Origin: Octopus vulgaris
Taxonomy: Eukaryota
Direction: 5' to 3'
NCBI GenBank assembly: GCA_951406725.2
Contig: OX597817.1
Coordinates: 133,362,001-133,426,000, forward strand
DNA length: 64,000 bases
The translations under genes and the position numbers were made by a program. Under the pieces are notes generated by a model. It had not been told where the DNA came from. It worked only from the letters and a program-made list of their open reading frames with translations, and did not search any database. Positions 53,001-64,000 of this stretch are shown here, piece after piece. Numbering within the stretch: position 1 is the stretch's first letter; each line of letters starts with the position of its first letter.

Positions 53001-53328
53001 CAACTCCCTGAAAAAATCCTCCAATACAAAGTCACATTTACAACTAATATCATTCAAGGTTGACCATGTTGTTCAGTTATGTACAAGTCTAAACATACAA
53101 CATACAAATAAACAATTTTACTAATCCTCTCATGTCAGAAAATATTCACTGTGATGCCTGTCAGCATGATATAAAATTAAATATAATTTGCAAAATGGTC
53201 TCAATGTAGTGATAAGTGAAAACAATTTGGTCTTTTATATAACACAAAATAACAAGTCTTTAATTATACTTGTCACTCTGTCCCTATATATTGCTCTCTC
53301 TCTCTAGCTCTCTCTCTCTCTCTCTCTT

Positions 53329-53413
<85 letters not shown>

Positions 53414-53479
53414 TTTTTAAAAATTTATTTATCTAGTTTCAGCTCACAAGCTGTGGCCATGCTGGGGCACCGCCATTTG

Positions 53480-54478
53480 GTGTTGCTACATGATTTTACT
53501 TCACGAATGCTTTTTAGCAATTGCCATTTGGTGCATGAGAGAGTTCGATGCAGCTGCCCTCATCTGCACCTCCTGCCGTGAAGTTGGTTCATCTGGGATA
53601 CCTGACAAGAAGAGATCCAGTTTCATTTTAAAGACATCTGCGTCAACCCCATGCAGGTCTCTTAGGTTCTTCGGGAGGATATTGAAGAGCTGTGGGCATC
53701 GGAAGCCCAGGCTATCACAGTATCTTGTCCTACATCTTGATGGCAAATTTGGAGTCCTTGGCACTATGCAGTGGCGCCCAGTTCTGGCATTTGTGTAACT
53801 CTCAATGCCAAAGTTTGGGACAAGTCCTTCTAGGATCTTCCAGATGTATATTATGGCATATCTTTCTCGCCTACACTCTAAGGAATAGAGTCTCAATCTT
53901 TCCCAATAGCTTATATGCTGCACAGAGGCTATCTTCTTCGTGTAGCTTCGTTGGATCGCCTCAAGTTCTGTGATTAACTTGACACTGGATGGTGACCTTA
54001 GCTGAGAGCAATAGTCAAAGTGGCTTAGGACAAGTGTCCTCCAAAGGACCATCATGGTTTCCTGGTCTCTTGTTCTGAAGGTTCTAAGAATCCATCCGGT
54101 CAGCCGCCTACATTTCATTGCCAATTTAGCAACATGCACATGAAAGGTTGTATCATCACTCATGTAAATACCCAGGTCTCACACTGATTGTGCCTTTGGG
54201 ATTGCAGTCCCTCCAGGTCCAGTGTATTTATTGGGTATTGCATTTTGATTTGTGTGCTGACAGCATAGAGCTTGAAACTTTTCAGCATTGAACTGCATGC
54301 TATTCTTTTCAGCCCACTTGTATATTTTGTCCAGCTCACATTGCAGGTGCTTAATATCTTCAGGGTTCTGTATTGCCTGTGAAACTTTTGTATCATCTGC
54401 ATAACTTGTGATCATGGCTCTCTGCGTGGCTGAGGGCATGTCTGAGAGGGCCATTATGAACAGTAGTGGTCCCAAAAC
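53480..54478 (-). mobile_element. CR1/L2/Jockey-superfamily LINE, 5'-truncated RT C-terminus
   Basis: LGPLLFIMALSDMP, SYADDTK, WAEKNSMQFNAEKF, LSHFDYCSQL, LYSLECRRERYAIIYIWKIL, GFRCPQLFNILP. Confidence 0.92.
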
Positions 54479-54512
54479 ATAAATAAACAAATAGAGATAT
54501 ATATTATATATA

Positions 54513-55317
54513 CAGGGTGTTTGAGCAAAATTTGACTACTTTTATGTCCCCTTTCTTGTTTTAAGAATAGTTTGATGTATTGGTGAACAGTCAACAGCAT
54601 TGGATAGCATAAAGATTAAAGTCACAGTTGTGGAAAAGTTAGCTGACATGGAGGACTGGAAGTTATCTGAATATTAAAAATGTATTACTTGTATCATAAT
54701 GATTCACACCGGGTATCAAAACATTGACATCATGACTGCAGCTCAATGTTCTATGAACGCTGTAAAGCTACAATGGTGTCTATGAAGCAGGAGAGGGGAC
54801 ACAGCTGGTATTTGTGTCTTCAGTGAGGGTAACATGATTTTACCCCACATCTTTGAACAGGGCCTTAGGCTCAAATCAGATGATTATGTTAAGTTGCTGG
54901 AGTCTGGTCAATATTTAACTTGAGAGGGTTGCTGCTGGAAGGTCATGTATGTAACAGCAGGGTTCAGCTCCTTGCTATATCTCAGAAGTAGTTTTTGGAG
55001 AATTTTTATGACTTCCCCTGCAACCCTCCTAACTTCCCTAATTGCAATCCTATGGATTACTATGTGTGGGGTGCAGTTGAGAAAGACACCAACTGCTCTG
55101 CTTGAGAAAACCAAGGCCAAGCTGGCTGCCAAGATCAAGGTGTTCAAGATTCCAGAGCAGTCGGCTATGGTGGAAGCCAAGGGCATCTACCTTGATTATG
55201 CTACCAGTCATAATTTAGTTGATACATTTTGATTTTTTGAAATACTTTATTTTTGAATATGATATTGTATTTTCTTTTCCTTTTATGCAAACAGTCAAAT
55301 TTAGCCTACACAGTTTG
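54513..55317 (+). mobile_element. Tc1/mariner superfamily element, probably maT/DD37D-like, internally deleted
   Basis: TA-CAGGGTGTTTGAGCAAAATTTGACT ... AGTCAAATTTAGCCTACACAGTTTG-TA TIRs; PPNFPNCNPMDYYVWGAVE (cf. WPPNSPDxNPLDYxVW). Confidence 0.8.
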
Positions 55318-55431
55318 TATACATACATACATACATACATACATACATACATACATACATACATGCATACATGCATGCATGCATACATACATGCATGCAT
55401 GCATGCATACATACATGCATACATACATACA

Positions 55432-55467
<36 letters not shown>

Positions 55468-55474
55468 TATAGCA

Positions 55475-57013
55475 GTTGAATAAAGTTAAAACATAGACTG
55501 ATTTTCATGTTTTTTATTGCGGCATTTTCGTGAACTCAGTATTGGAATACTTAGAACAAAACCTAAATAAAAAAATTGAAGAGAACTACGACATGACCTT
55601 TAAAAGACATGTAGAGGACACATGGAAAAGATACCTCAAAGACTGCTTCCTAATTTGGACCAAATCCCAAGAAAATCTGGAAGAATTCAGCACCCTCCTC
55701 AACAATCTACACCCTAGTCTCAAATTCACAAGAGAAATGAGCAACTCACAATTACCATTTCTTAACAGAATGGTAATTAAAACAACACCATAATCACAAG
55801 TGATATTTATTAGAAAAGCACAGATGCAGACCAGTACTTAAATTTCAAATCATGCCACCCAACACATTAAATGCAACATCCTGTACTGTCTAGCCAGGAA
55901 AATTTGTACTATAGTAGATGGTCCAAATATAAGAACCACATGACTCATAAAATTCAAAGGATTTCTGCTCAAGCAAAAACACCCTCCCCTACTTATAGAA
56001 AATAACATACAACAAGCAAAAGAGATAACTATAGGACAACTTAGGGCAACATGAAAGAGACAAACCCATCAATGGAACACAATACCATTTTTAGTAACAC
56101 ACAATCCACATAACCAAAACATTTTGAACATCTTCAAAACAAATTTACCAATCATAAACAAAGTGAAAAATTTAAAAAAAAACAACTAATCAAACGCTTA
56201 TCCTAAGCAAAAGGCAACCACATAACCTAAAGAAACTATTAACAAAGGCAAAATTCAACATGAACAAACAGGCTAAAACATTCACAGTATACAAGCATAA
56301 TAATAACAGATGTGGAATATGTTACTACATGCATACTGGTAGATACATTAGAACAAAAAATGGACATATTTTCGCAAATGCAGATGTAAACTGCAAAAGC
56401 AGAAATTTGATCTATTGCATTAAATGCCTGAATCGCAAGGAACTATATATAGGCAAGACAGGGAATGCAGTATCAGAACACTCACATGTCCACAGACAAC
56501 AAATCTGGAATACTAATGTTCGCCAAATTCCATTGAACGAACATACAGAAACATGTGGTCAGAAAATGTTTCTAATTTTTCCTTTCCACAAACTACATGA
56601 CACAAGTGAGGTTGGAAGAAAGATGAAAGTAAAACGGTTTATAAAAATGTTCAAACCTGTTCTGAATGGAAATAACAACAATAATATAACAACCAGTTAA
56701 TGATGTGGATTAAAAAATATCTTTAACTTATGAATATAAACAAAGTACAGGATATCGGTATGTGATGATGTTTAAGCTGCATGCAGATTGGTCGAAACCG
56801 CATTCAAAAAATTCAGCTTGCTGGAGTGTTCTAAGAGGTATTACAGTTGACAAGAACTCAACTGTCAGTTAAATACATTTTGAAATCTGATGATTGCTAC
56901 CAAAGTATGAAAGCACTAACTGAACTTTATGAACATTACAAAATAATTTTTTAATGTTAAAATACCATAATAAGAAAATATGAAAACCATACCATGTTTT
57001 AACTTTATTCAAC
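55475..57013 (+). mobile_element. Penelope-like element, 5'-truncated, RT plus GIY-YIG pseudogene with inverted terminal pLTR fragment
   Basis: WKRYLKDCFLIW (decayed RYxDD), LNNLHPSLKFT, LPFL, YLNFKSCHP, CGIC, CKSRNLIYCIKC..LYIGKTG. 55475-55528 is the reverse complement of 56959-57013. Confidence 0.92.
56887..56923 (+). ncRNA. Hammerhead-like motif in PLE pLTR, stem I disrupted
   Basis: CTGATGA-T-TGCT-ACCAA-AGTA-T-GAAA-GCAC-TA-ACTGA. GCAC could be CpG-decayed GCGC. ACTGA could pair with TCAGT ~20 nt upstream rather than the adjacent bases. Confidence 0.5.
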
Positions 57014-57095
57014 AGATATATTATTCTATACACATTCACACAAATTCAGATATATATATATATATATATGTGAGTGTGTGTGTGTGTGTATGTAT

Positions 57096-57405
57096 GTTGA
57101 CTTTGCCTTTCATCCCTTTGAGGTTGATGAAATATGTACCAGTTCAGAACTGGGGTCGATGTAATCAACTAACCCCCTCCTCTAAAATTTCAGGCCTCGT
57201 GCCTATTATAGAAAGGATTATATATACATACATACGTATATATATGGTTGATTACATCGACCCCAGTTCTGAACTGGTACATATTTCATCAACCTCAAAG
57301 GGATGAAAGGCAAAGTCAACCTTGGTACAATTTGAACTCAGAATATAAAGATGAACAAAATGCCACTAAGCATTTTGTCTGGCATACTAACGATTCTGCT
57401 TGCTT
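57096..57405. mobile_element. Rearranged SINE family 2 forming a perfect 74-bp inverted repeat
   Basis: 57096-57169 is the exact reverse complement of 57247-57320. The tail follows the left arm (plus); the head follows the right arm (minus). Confidence 0.92.
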
Positions 57406-57411
57406 GCTTCC

Positions 57412-57464
<53 letters not shown>

Positions 57465-57472
57465 CACACACA

Positions 57473-57516
<44 letters not shown>

Positions 57517-58795
57517 TATATATATATATAATCACAACCATTTGTGTCATTGCTATCATTTAAACATGTACTTTCCATGCTGGCATAGGTTGGATGCGCT
57601 GGCCAAATTTCTATATTTCTAACCAGAATCTTCCCAGATATATTGTCACTATTTCCAGTTTCTTTCTATGTGATAATCTACATTTTTAACCTCCAATGCA
57701 CCTGACTTTTTTAGTCATAAGCATTTCTTATTTACATGTCGTATCTACATTACCATAAGTTGTCCCTTCTGCATACATCTGATTATTTCTATCATACTGA
57801 TTGTTTGTTCATGTTTCATTGCTAATTTTTTACATTTCTCACATTTACCTCATATTGCTAAATTCTTTGTCTGCAATAGGTGTTTTATTTGTTTCCTCAA
57901 AACTCCATTTGCCCTCGCTTTAATTATTTATAGTTCAATTACTTGCTTCTGTTCTAAAGCTTACCTGATGTCTAGTGAGCAATCTGACTGATATTTTAGC
58001 CCTCAGTCAGTTAAGTTTTCTCATGATGATTGTTAATCTAGATCTCCTAAAAGTTTTTATCTCTTTGTCAGTGGACCAAAAGGTTTTCATGTACAGGCTT
58101 ATCTTCAAAAATTATGTTAATTGACTATCACACATTAGACTTCCTCTTGTCATATAAAGAAGGTGATACAGATAGATGGAGTGAAGATGGAGTGCAAATG
58201 TATTGTTTTAACACTGTTGTCTAATTATTTAATATTTGTAGTCCTGATCACTCTTTATATGGATATAGAGTAACGATCATAAATATATGTATATGCATGA
58301 GTGTATATGTGTTTGTATGTGTTTGTGTGTGTGTATGTTTTACAAAAACTTTGATGCATTTATACATTATAAAGTATAATCTCTCCCTAACTAAAATTTA
58401 TAGTTATAAGTTTGTTCGTTTATAAGTATCATCCATACATTAAAATGTTGAACATGACAAACCTTAATCTCTTCACTCATGTGCCATACAGCATGTTCAT
58501 CATAACTAAGTGTATCAATTCTACCAAATATATACACACATCTATGAAGATGCACATTCAGAAATTTATCCTGAGAAAACACTCACACTTACTATAAAAT
58601 CATTGAGTCTATATCCATATGAGCAAACAGTTAACGATGTATTCAAACATATACACAACATTGAACATAAACTGGCATGTATACATAGAACATATGCCTG
58701 CAAGATATATAAAATCATGTTATTACTAGACAACAGTAACCTATTTCAATGGAAGATACTTTATTATTTTGTTTTTAATTTTTTTATATACTCAC

Positions 58796-58954
58796 CAGGA
58801 ACCGGCGTTGTGGAGAAAACCTACAAGTACAGCATCCTGTCATCCTCCTTCGCTCTAAAGATGCCAATGATGGATCAGGTGAAGGTGGAGGTGTCTCCGA
58901 AGGCTTATTAGGAGGTATACTAAAAGTCATATCCATCTCTGTAAATTCCCTGTC
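58796..58954 (-). CDS. Host gene coding exon, product unknown (DREFTEMDMTFSIPPNKPSETPPPSPDPSLASLERRRMTGCCTCRFSPQRRFL)
   Basis: Acceptor CTTTTATTCCTATCTTTCAG, donor CTG/GTGAGT, 159 nt open in phase 0, GC- and CpG-richer than the flanks, non-repetitive. In-frame ATG at 58936 in good context (GAGATGG). Confidence 0.7.
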
Positions 58955-59521
58955 CTGAAAGATAGGAATAAAAGACTAACATCAGTAAAAAGAAATATCA
59001 GGCTTATCAGCATTCAAACAATGTCATACTTCACTATAGTATGTCAGTATCCCTTCCCCTTTTTATTAAACGTATACAAGTGAGCCAGCATCTGGTTGCT
59101 TGATTTCCTAGAAATAACAATCAAATCCCCTTCACCCTACTCTCTAGAAATGGAAAAGGCACATTAATTAATGTAATTCTAGATATGCTGTGACTGAAAA
59201 ATAAGATAGAGTGGTCAAGTCATGGATATTTTGGTCATAAATTTGGCTGTTTATTCAGGGTTGACCTTTGTTTAAATGACAACATGTTATGTATTATAAT
59301 GCATTATATCTGGTTCTCTTCCTGTTTGGTACAGGGGAGAAATAGCAGTAAAAAACAGGGCAACAAACAAAAACATTTTGTGATGAAAAGAGAGCATGAT
59401 TAACATCTAGAAGGTATTCATTTTAATTTATATGATAAACCTCATTAATGCCAATGTATCTGAAATTCAAATTATCTTAAACAACTATTGTCATATGATA
59501 TTACTGAGTATGATGATGAGG

Positions 59522-59599
<78 letters not shown>

Positions 59600-59603
<4 letters not shown>

Positions 59604-59821
59604 TCATCATCATCATCGTTTAACATTTGCTTTCCATGCTAGCATGGGTTGGGCGGTTTTGACTGAGGGCTGGCGAACCAGATGTCTGCACCAGGCTCTC
59701 CAATCTTGATCTGGCAGAGTTTCTACAGCTGGATGCCCTTTCTAACACCAACCACTCCGAGAGTGTAGTGGGTGCTTTTTACGTGCCACCGGCATGGGGG
59801 CCAGTCAGGCGGTACTGGCAA
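59600..59821 (-). mobile_element. Young solo RTE 3' tail inserted in (TA)n
   Basis: Standard tail plus part of one UTR repeat unit; (TA)n on both sides. Confidence 0.92.
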
Positions 59822-60034
<213 letters not shown>

Positions 60035-60339
60035 CACCAACAGTAAGCAACATGAAATATGAAAATAAATGATTTAAATACATAAATAACGAGAGAAAGA
60101 AAATGGAAAACAAGACAAGTAACACAAAAAACGACCCTTCATCACTTGTCTGCTGTCTATCTTCTCCCCATTTCGAGCATTCAGCGACAATATGAGTTAT
60201 CGAAGACAGTTGCTCCCATAAATACCAAAATAAAATTTGGGATTTATGGAGGGTCAAAATTGGGAATGGTATGTGCTGTGCTCTCACTCAATAATAAAAA
60301 TGATACTTGATAAATTCAAAAAGGGTTTGTGCCCCCCCC

Positions 60340-60927
60340 CCATGGCTTTGTTTCCTTATAACTTCCAGAAAAATGGCCATTTTTGATGACATTTTTCCCA
60401 GAAATCTTTCAGATAGTGTAAATTACGATTATATCAGAACTTTTGTTCAGCAAAAGCTTTTCTGAGAGTGAGGAGAGAAGTTTTGTAAAATTCACTGGAG
60501 TTGCCTTTATTTCCGCATAACTTTCCCAAGAATAGATATCTTTTGTGAAATTTTCTATAGATACCTTTCAGGTGGTGTTTATTACGATTATATCGGAATT
60601 TATTGTGAAAAAAAAAAAAAAGAAAGAAAGAAATTGCTAGGCTCTCACACATACAAACTGACTCACATAAAAAAAAGTAACTTGAAATTTTGGTAAAAAT
60701 TGTGATGTGCGTCAGTATTGGGGTGGGAGCCGATCATTTTCGGAAACTCCTGTTCTTCCCTTCGGAAAACATTTTTTCACAACAAATTCCGATATGATCA
60801 GAATCTACAACATCTGAAACATATTTTTTTAGGAAAATTGCATAAAAAAATATCAATTTTTCTGGAAGCTATGAGAAAACGAAGTCGTTTTGGGTTCACT
60901 TTTGTAGGTCTGCCATTAGAAGGTTAA
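60340..60927. mobile_element. Non-autonomous DNA element remnant with two direct and one inverted ~100-bp subterminal units, ending in AGG-TTAA (piggyBac-like?)
   Basis: CATAACTT..CTTTCAG..TTACGATTATATC.GAA units at ~60345-60455 and ~60500-60612; inverted unit at ~60772-60885. Left terminus not identified. Confidence 0.5.
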
Positions 60928-62925
60928 AAAAAAAAGCAGTTTGCTTACTTATTTCATGAGTGGTGAATTGGCAGGGTCACTACTATGTCGGAAACAAATT
61001 CATATGTTATTTTTTCTGGCACTCGTATATCCTCAATGGATTTCTCAGTTTAAACTAATAAAATACTAAATTTCAACCAAAATTTAAAGATTTTAAAAGG
61101 ACATCATGAACCGAAACGCGTTCATTTTTCTCGTCTTCTTCACTGAGCAGACGACAATTATTCGCATTAATGCGCATGCGTTATATCATAAACTACAACA
61201 ATATTGGAAAAGAGTCCTTTATTCCATTTTGCCATGGGGAGATAAAAACCGAGTTTTAACTATGTTTTAAGTAAAGTTATTTCCCTTGAAAATTGTATTT
61301 TTTTTGTAGTTAGAGAAATTGAAAAATATTTTATATTTTTGTAATTATATCCAGTATTTGCTGCAAATATAATTGATTGAAGATTGTTCATGTATGAAAA
61401 ATTGTCGTAAATCAAGTGTTTTATTACAAATATCTCATGTTTATTTCATGAATATTGAGCTTTTAATGAGCAGTGGTTAAATAGATTATTAATTATGGCC
61501 CTTAATACATTGAAATCGTTTTATGTAAAATCTCTGTATGAAACTCTAAAATTATGACTTTTTCATCATTTTAACTACATTATCGAATTATGTCCTTGTA
61601 TTTTTTTATTATTTTCTCAAAGTATAGTATGATTAAAAGGACATCTTGCTGCTATTTCTAGAATTATGTAGGACCAGATTAAAGGCTTCCTGTATTTCCC
61701 CCATTGAAACCGTGCAACTTCACCGAACTCCACAAAACCGGATGATTTACTGCTGAAATAGTCTTACCTTTATGTTTTTATTCGAATGAAAAGAAGAAAG
61801 ATGTTTATAATTTATGTAAGTACTTCAAAATTACTTTTAATTCTTCACTAATTAACATTAAATATTTATAATTAACCACTGAAGTCAGTGACCCTAATGC
61901 TATTGTTTTTCTTTTCACCATTTTCTGTTTAAACACGAATTAATTACTTTGTGTTTCTTTAATTAAAAACAAAAAAATAAATAATAAATAATAATAATAA
62001 TTCATTGATTTTCTTTTTTTAATGTTTCGAAATTGATATTTTGTTATTAAATATGCCAATAATTGAAAAAATAGTCTTCAAGATTAATGATAATTTTATC
62101 TTCAGAATCTGAAACCAAATTTATATATTGACATTTTGCGATGATGTTTTTTTTAATGATTAAAAAAGTGAAATATGCTTTTTATAGCTGAACCAATAAC
62201 TGCAAAACAAAACAAAAACAAAAGTTTTACTAATGAGTATTCGTATTTTAAGCTGAAGAATTAATTAAAGAATATATTTTTATTGAGCTCTAGCAAATCG
62301 CAAAGAAGCTGACAACCAAATGACTGGATCCCCATCTTCATAAATATCTTTATTATTTTATCCCAATTTTCATTAAGTATAAAAACTTTTAGAGTTTAAT
62401 TACTCTCTACTGATTTAAAATAATTTAACGTATATAATTTAATACGATATATTTGGACATGACTAGAAATAAATGAAAACTGACTGACATTAAAAGAGTT
62501 GCACAACATTCATTTTGTTGGAATAATTCTGTTGAAATAATATTCTGCTCTTATTTTTAATTAATTTTGAAAATAATGGAGAGTGTAGTAAAGTAACTTT
62601 ATCATTATCAATCTGGTGATTGGAATATAGATTTAACATGCAAGTTTGTTGGGAGATTTCTATGCAAATCTTATTACAACAATAAAATCCTTGGAAACAG
62701 ATTTTGAACCAGACATGGTCATGGCCATGTGGTAATTATTTTTTTAATAATTATTCTTAAATGACATTATGGTGATTGAGATAAACGGTAATGATTGTGA
62801 ATATTTCTTCTCCAGAGAGACTGTCATCTTTGACTGTTTCTTCTTCCTATACAAAATTCCTTTATTGGTTTGAAACAACAGTGAAAAAGACAAATTACCA
62901 GGAAACAATGGTTTCCTGAGTTCAC

Positions 62926-63023
62926 CTGGAGGGAAAATGGCAAGGAATTGCTGAGGGCAACAAATGTAAAAGATTTTCAAGTTTTGGGGAAAAGAAATGT
63001 TTGAGAATGGTAATTGCCGTTGT
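62926..63023 (-). other. Candidate upstream (possibly 5' UTR) exon of the minus-strand host gene
   Basis: Long polypyrimidine acceptor TTTTACCTTCATCTTTTAGTACTTCTATCTTGCAG; donor CAG/GTGAAC (alternative CTG/GTAATT 27 nt further). The frame that would join 58954 in phase contains a stop. Confidence 0.3.
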
Positions 63024-63631
63024 CTGCAAGATAGAAGTACTAAAAGATGAAGGTAAAAAGCACCCAATTCCTTGAGGTAGCTGTTCCAAAACTTAGCCTT
63101 GCTTCTTATTCCTCATCACCACCATTAGACAAAAAGTGAAGCTCAAAGCATTTTCCATTTATTTTCTTTTATCTTTCAAGCTCTAAATACTTTTTAGTTC
63201 ATTGGGACCTAAAAACGAAGAAATGTCAATATATTTACTGGGAAATATTGCAAAATTGAATAAGTAAATTTAGGTTGGCGGCAAATATCGGGGCCTGTAC
63301 TTAATCCTGCAGCTTGCGAAAATAGCAGTCAAATCTTCCTCAATTCATACCCCAGTGTCTTAAGAAGAACCGAAAGGAGACATCAGATAATGCAGCTCTT
63401 TATAGGAATGTGTGTGTGTGTTCTTTTTCAGGGATTAGAAAAATTGAAGGACTGCTGCAATAATTGTATGTACGTAAAATCATAATCAACTGATCCTCTT
63501 GTATTTTCTGTCCCCCCAAACCAGGAACTTTTCAGCATCCTCTCACATATATGGACACACACACACAAAAATTGATGTCTATCTATCGATTTCTCCATTT
63601 TCTTTTTGTATACATAAATGATAATAGCGGC

Positions 63632-63825
63632 GGTAAAGAATAGGACACCAGCCGTTTTCGGCGCAACAAAAACCCTAATCCTAACCCCAAACCCTAACCC
63701 TAATCCGAACCCTAATCCTCACCCGAATCCTAACCCTAAACCTAACACTAATCCTAACCCTAATCCTAATCCTAGCCCTAAACCCTAACCGCAACCCTAA
63801 ATACCAGGTGTACGTATTCTTTACC
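63632..63825. repeat. Degenerate telomere-like (CCCTAA)n array (63671-63800) between ~19-bp inverted repeats
   Basis: GGTAAAGAATAGGACACC ... GGTGTACGTATTCTTTACC flank about 20 CCCTAA/TCCTAA variants. Confidence 0.85.
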
Positions 63826-64000
63826 CATTTGCGTCGATGAGAAGCTAACATCTTTTTAGTATTTCACTGGGAAAAAAAACGGGGTAACCCTCGCAATATA
63901 TTTGGGCAGACATCAGCGATAGGTGGCCCAAGCAAGTGGGAGTTTCTCCGTTTTGACGGGGATTTTTCAGATTTAGTTTTTTTTTTCGCTGTGTCCTTGG

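Noticed and set aside
60125-60200. GAAA and GTGATGA boxes in a pLTR-like fragment
   Set aside because: Boxes are in the wrong order for a type I motif, the core is mutated, and a consistent three-helix fold could not be built.

Overview
AT-rich, microsatellite-saturated eukaryotic DNA with no prokaryotic operons, CRISPR arrays or rRNA genes. The repeat landscape (RTE LINEs ending in (GAT)n, two tRNA-derived SINE families, dense (TA)n/(CA)n/(AAT)n) suggests an octopus/coleoid cephalopod; this is an inference, not verified. Most ORFs in the supplied track are microsatellite artefacts or decayed transposon frames. Supported content: several RTE LINE copies plus many solo 3' tails; one Dong/R4-like 3' end sitting in (TAA)n; CR1/L2/Jockey-type RT fragments; about six Tc1/mariner elements and a MITE; a Helitron helicase fragment; three coding Penelope-like (PLE) remnants plus two non-coding pLTR-like ones. 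One convincing minus-strand host exon (58796-58954) and several weaker exon candidates suggest much of the window is intronic. Most notable: (1) five dispersed minimal type I hammerhead-ribozyme motifs linked to PLE remnants, two with an intact catalytic core (23009-23060 minus, 41586-41671 plus); (2) a C4HC3 PHD finger inserted inside the RTE reverse transcriptase; (3) a variable-copy ~66-bp double-hairpin array in the RTE 3' UTR; (4) a perfect 74-bp inverted repeat in a rearranged SINE; (5) a telomere-like (CCCTAA)n array bracketed by short inverted repeats. All alignments were made by eye; element boundaries are approximate.
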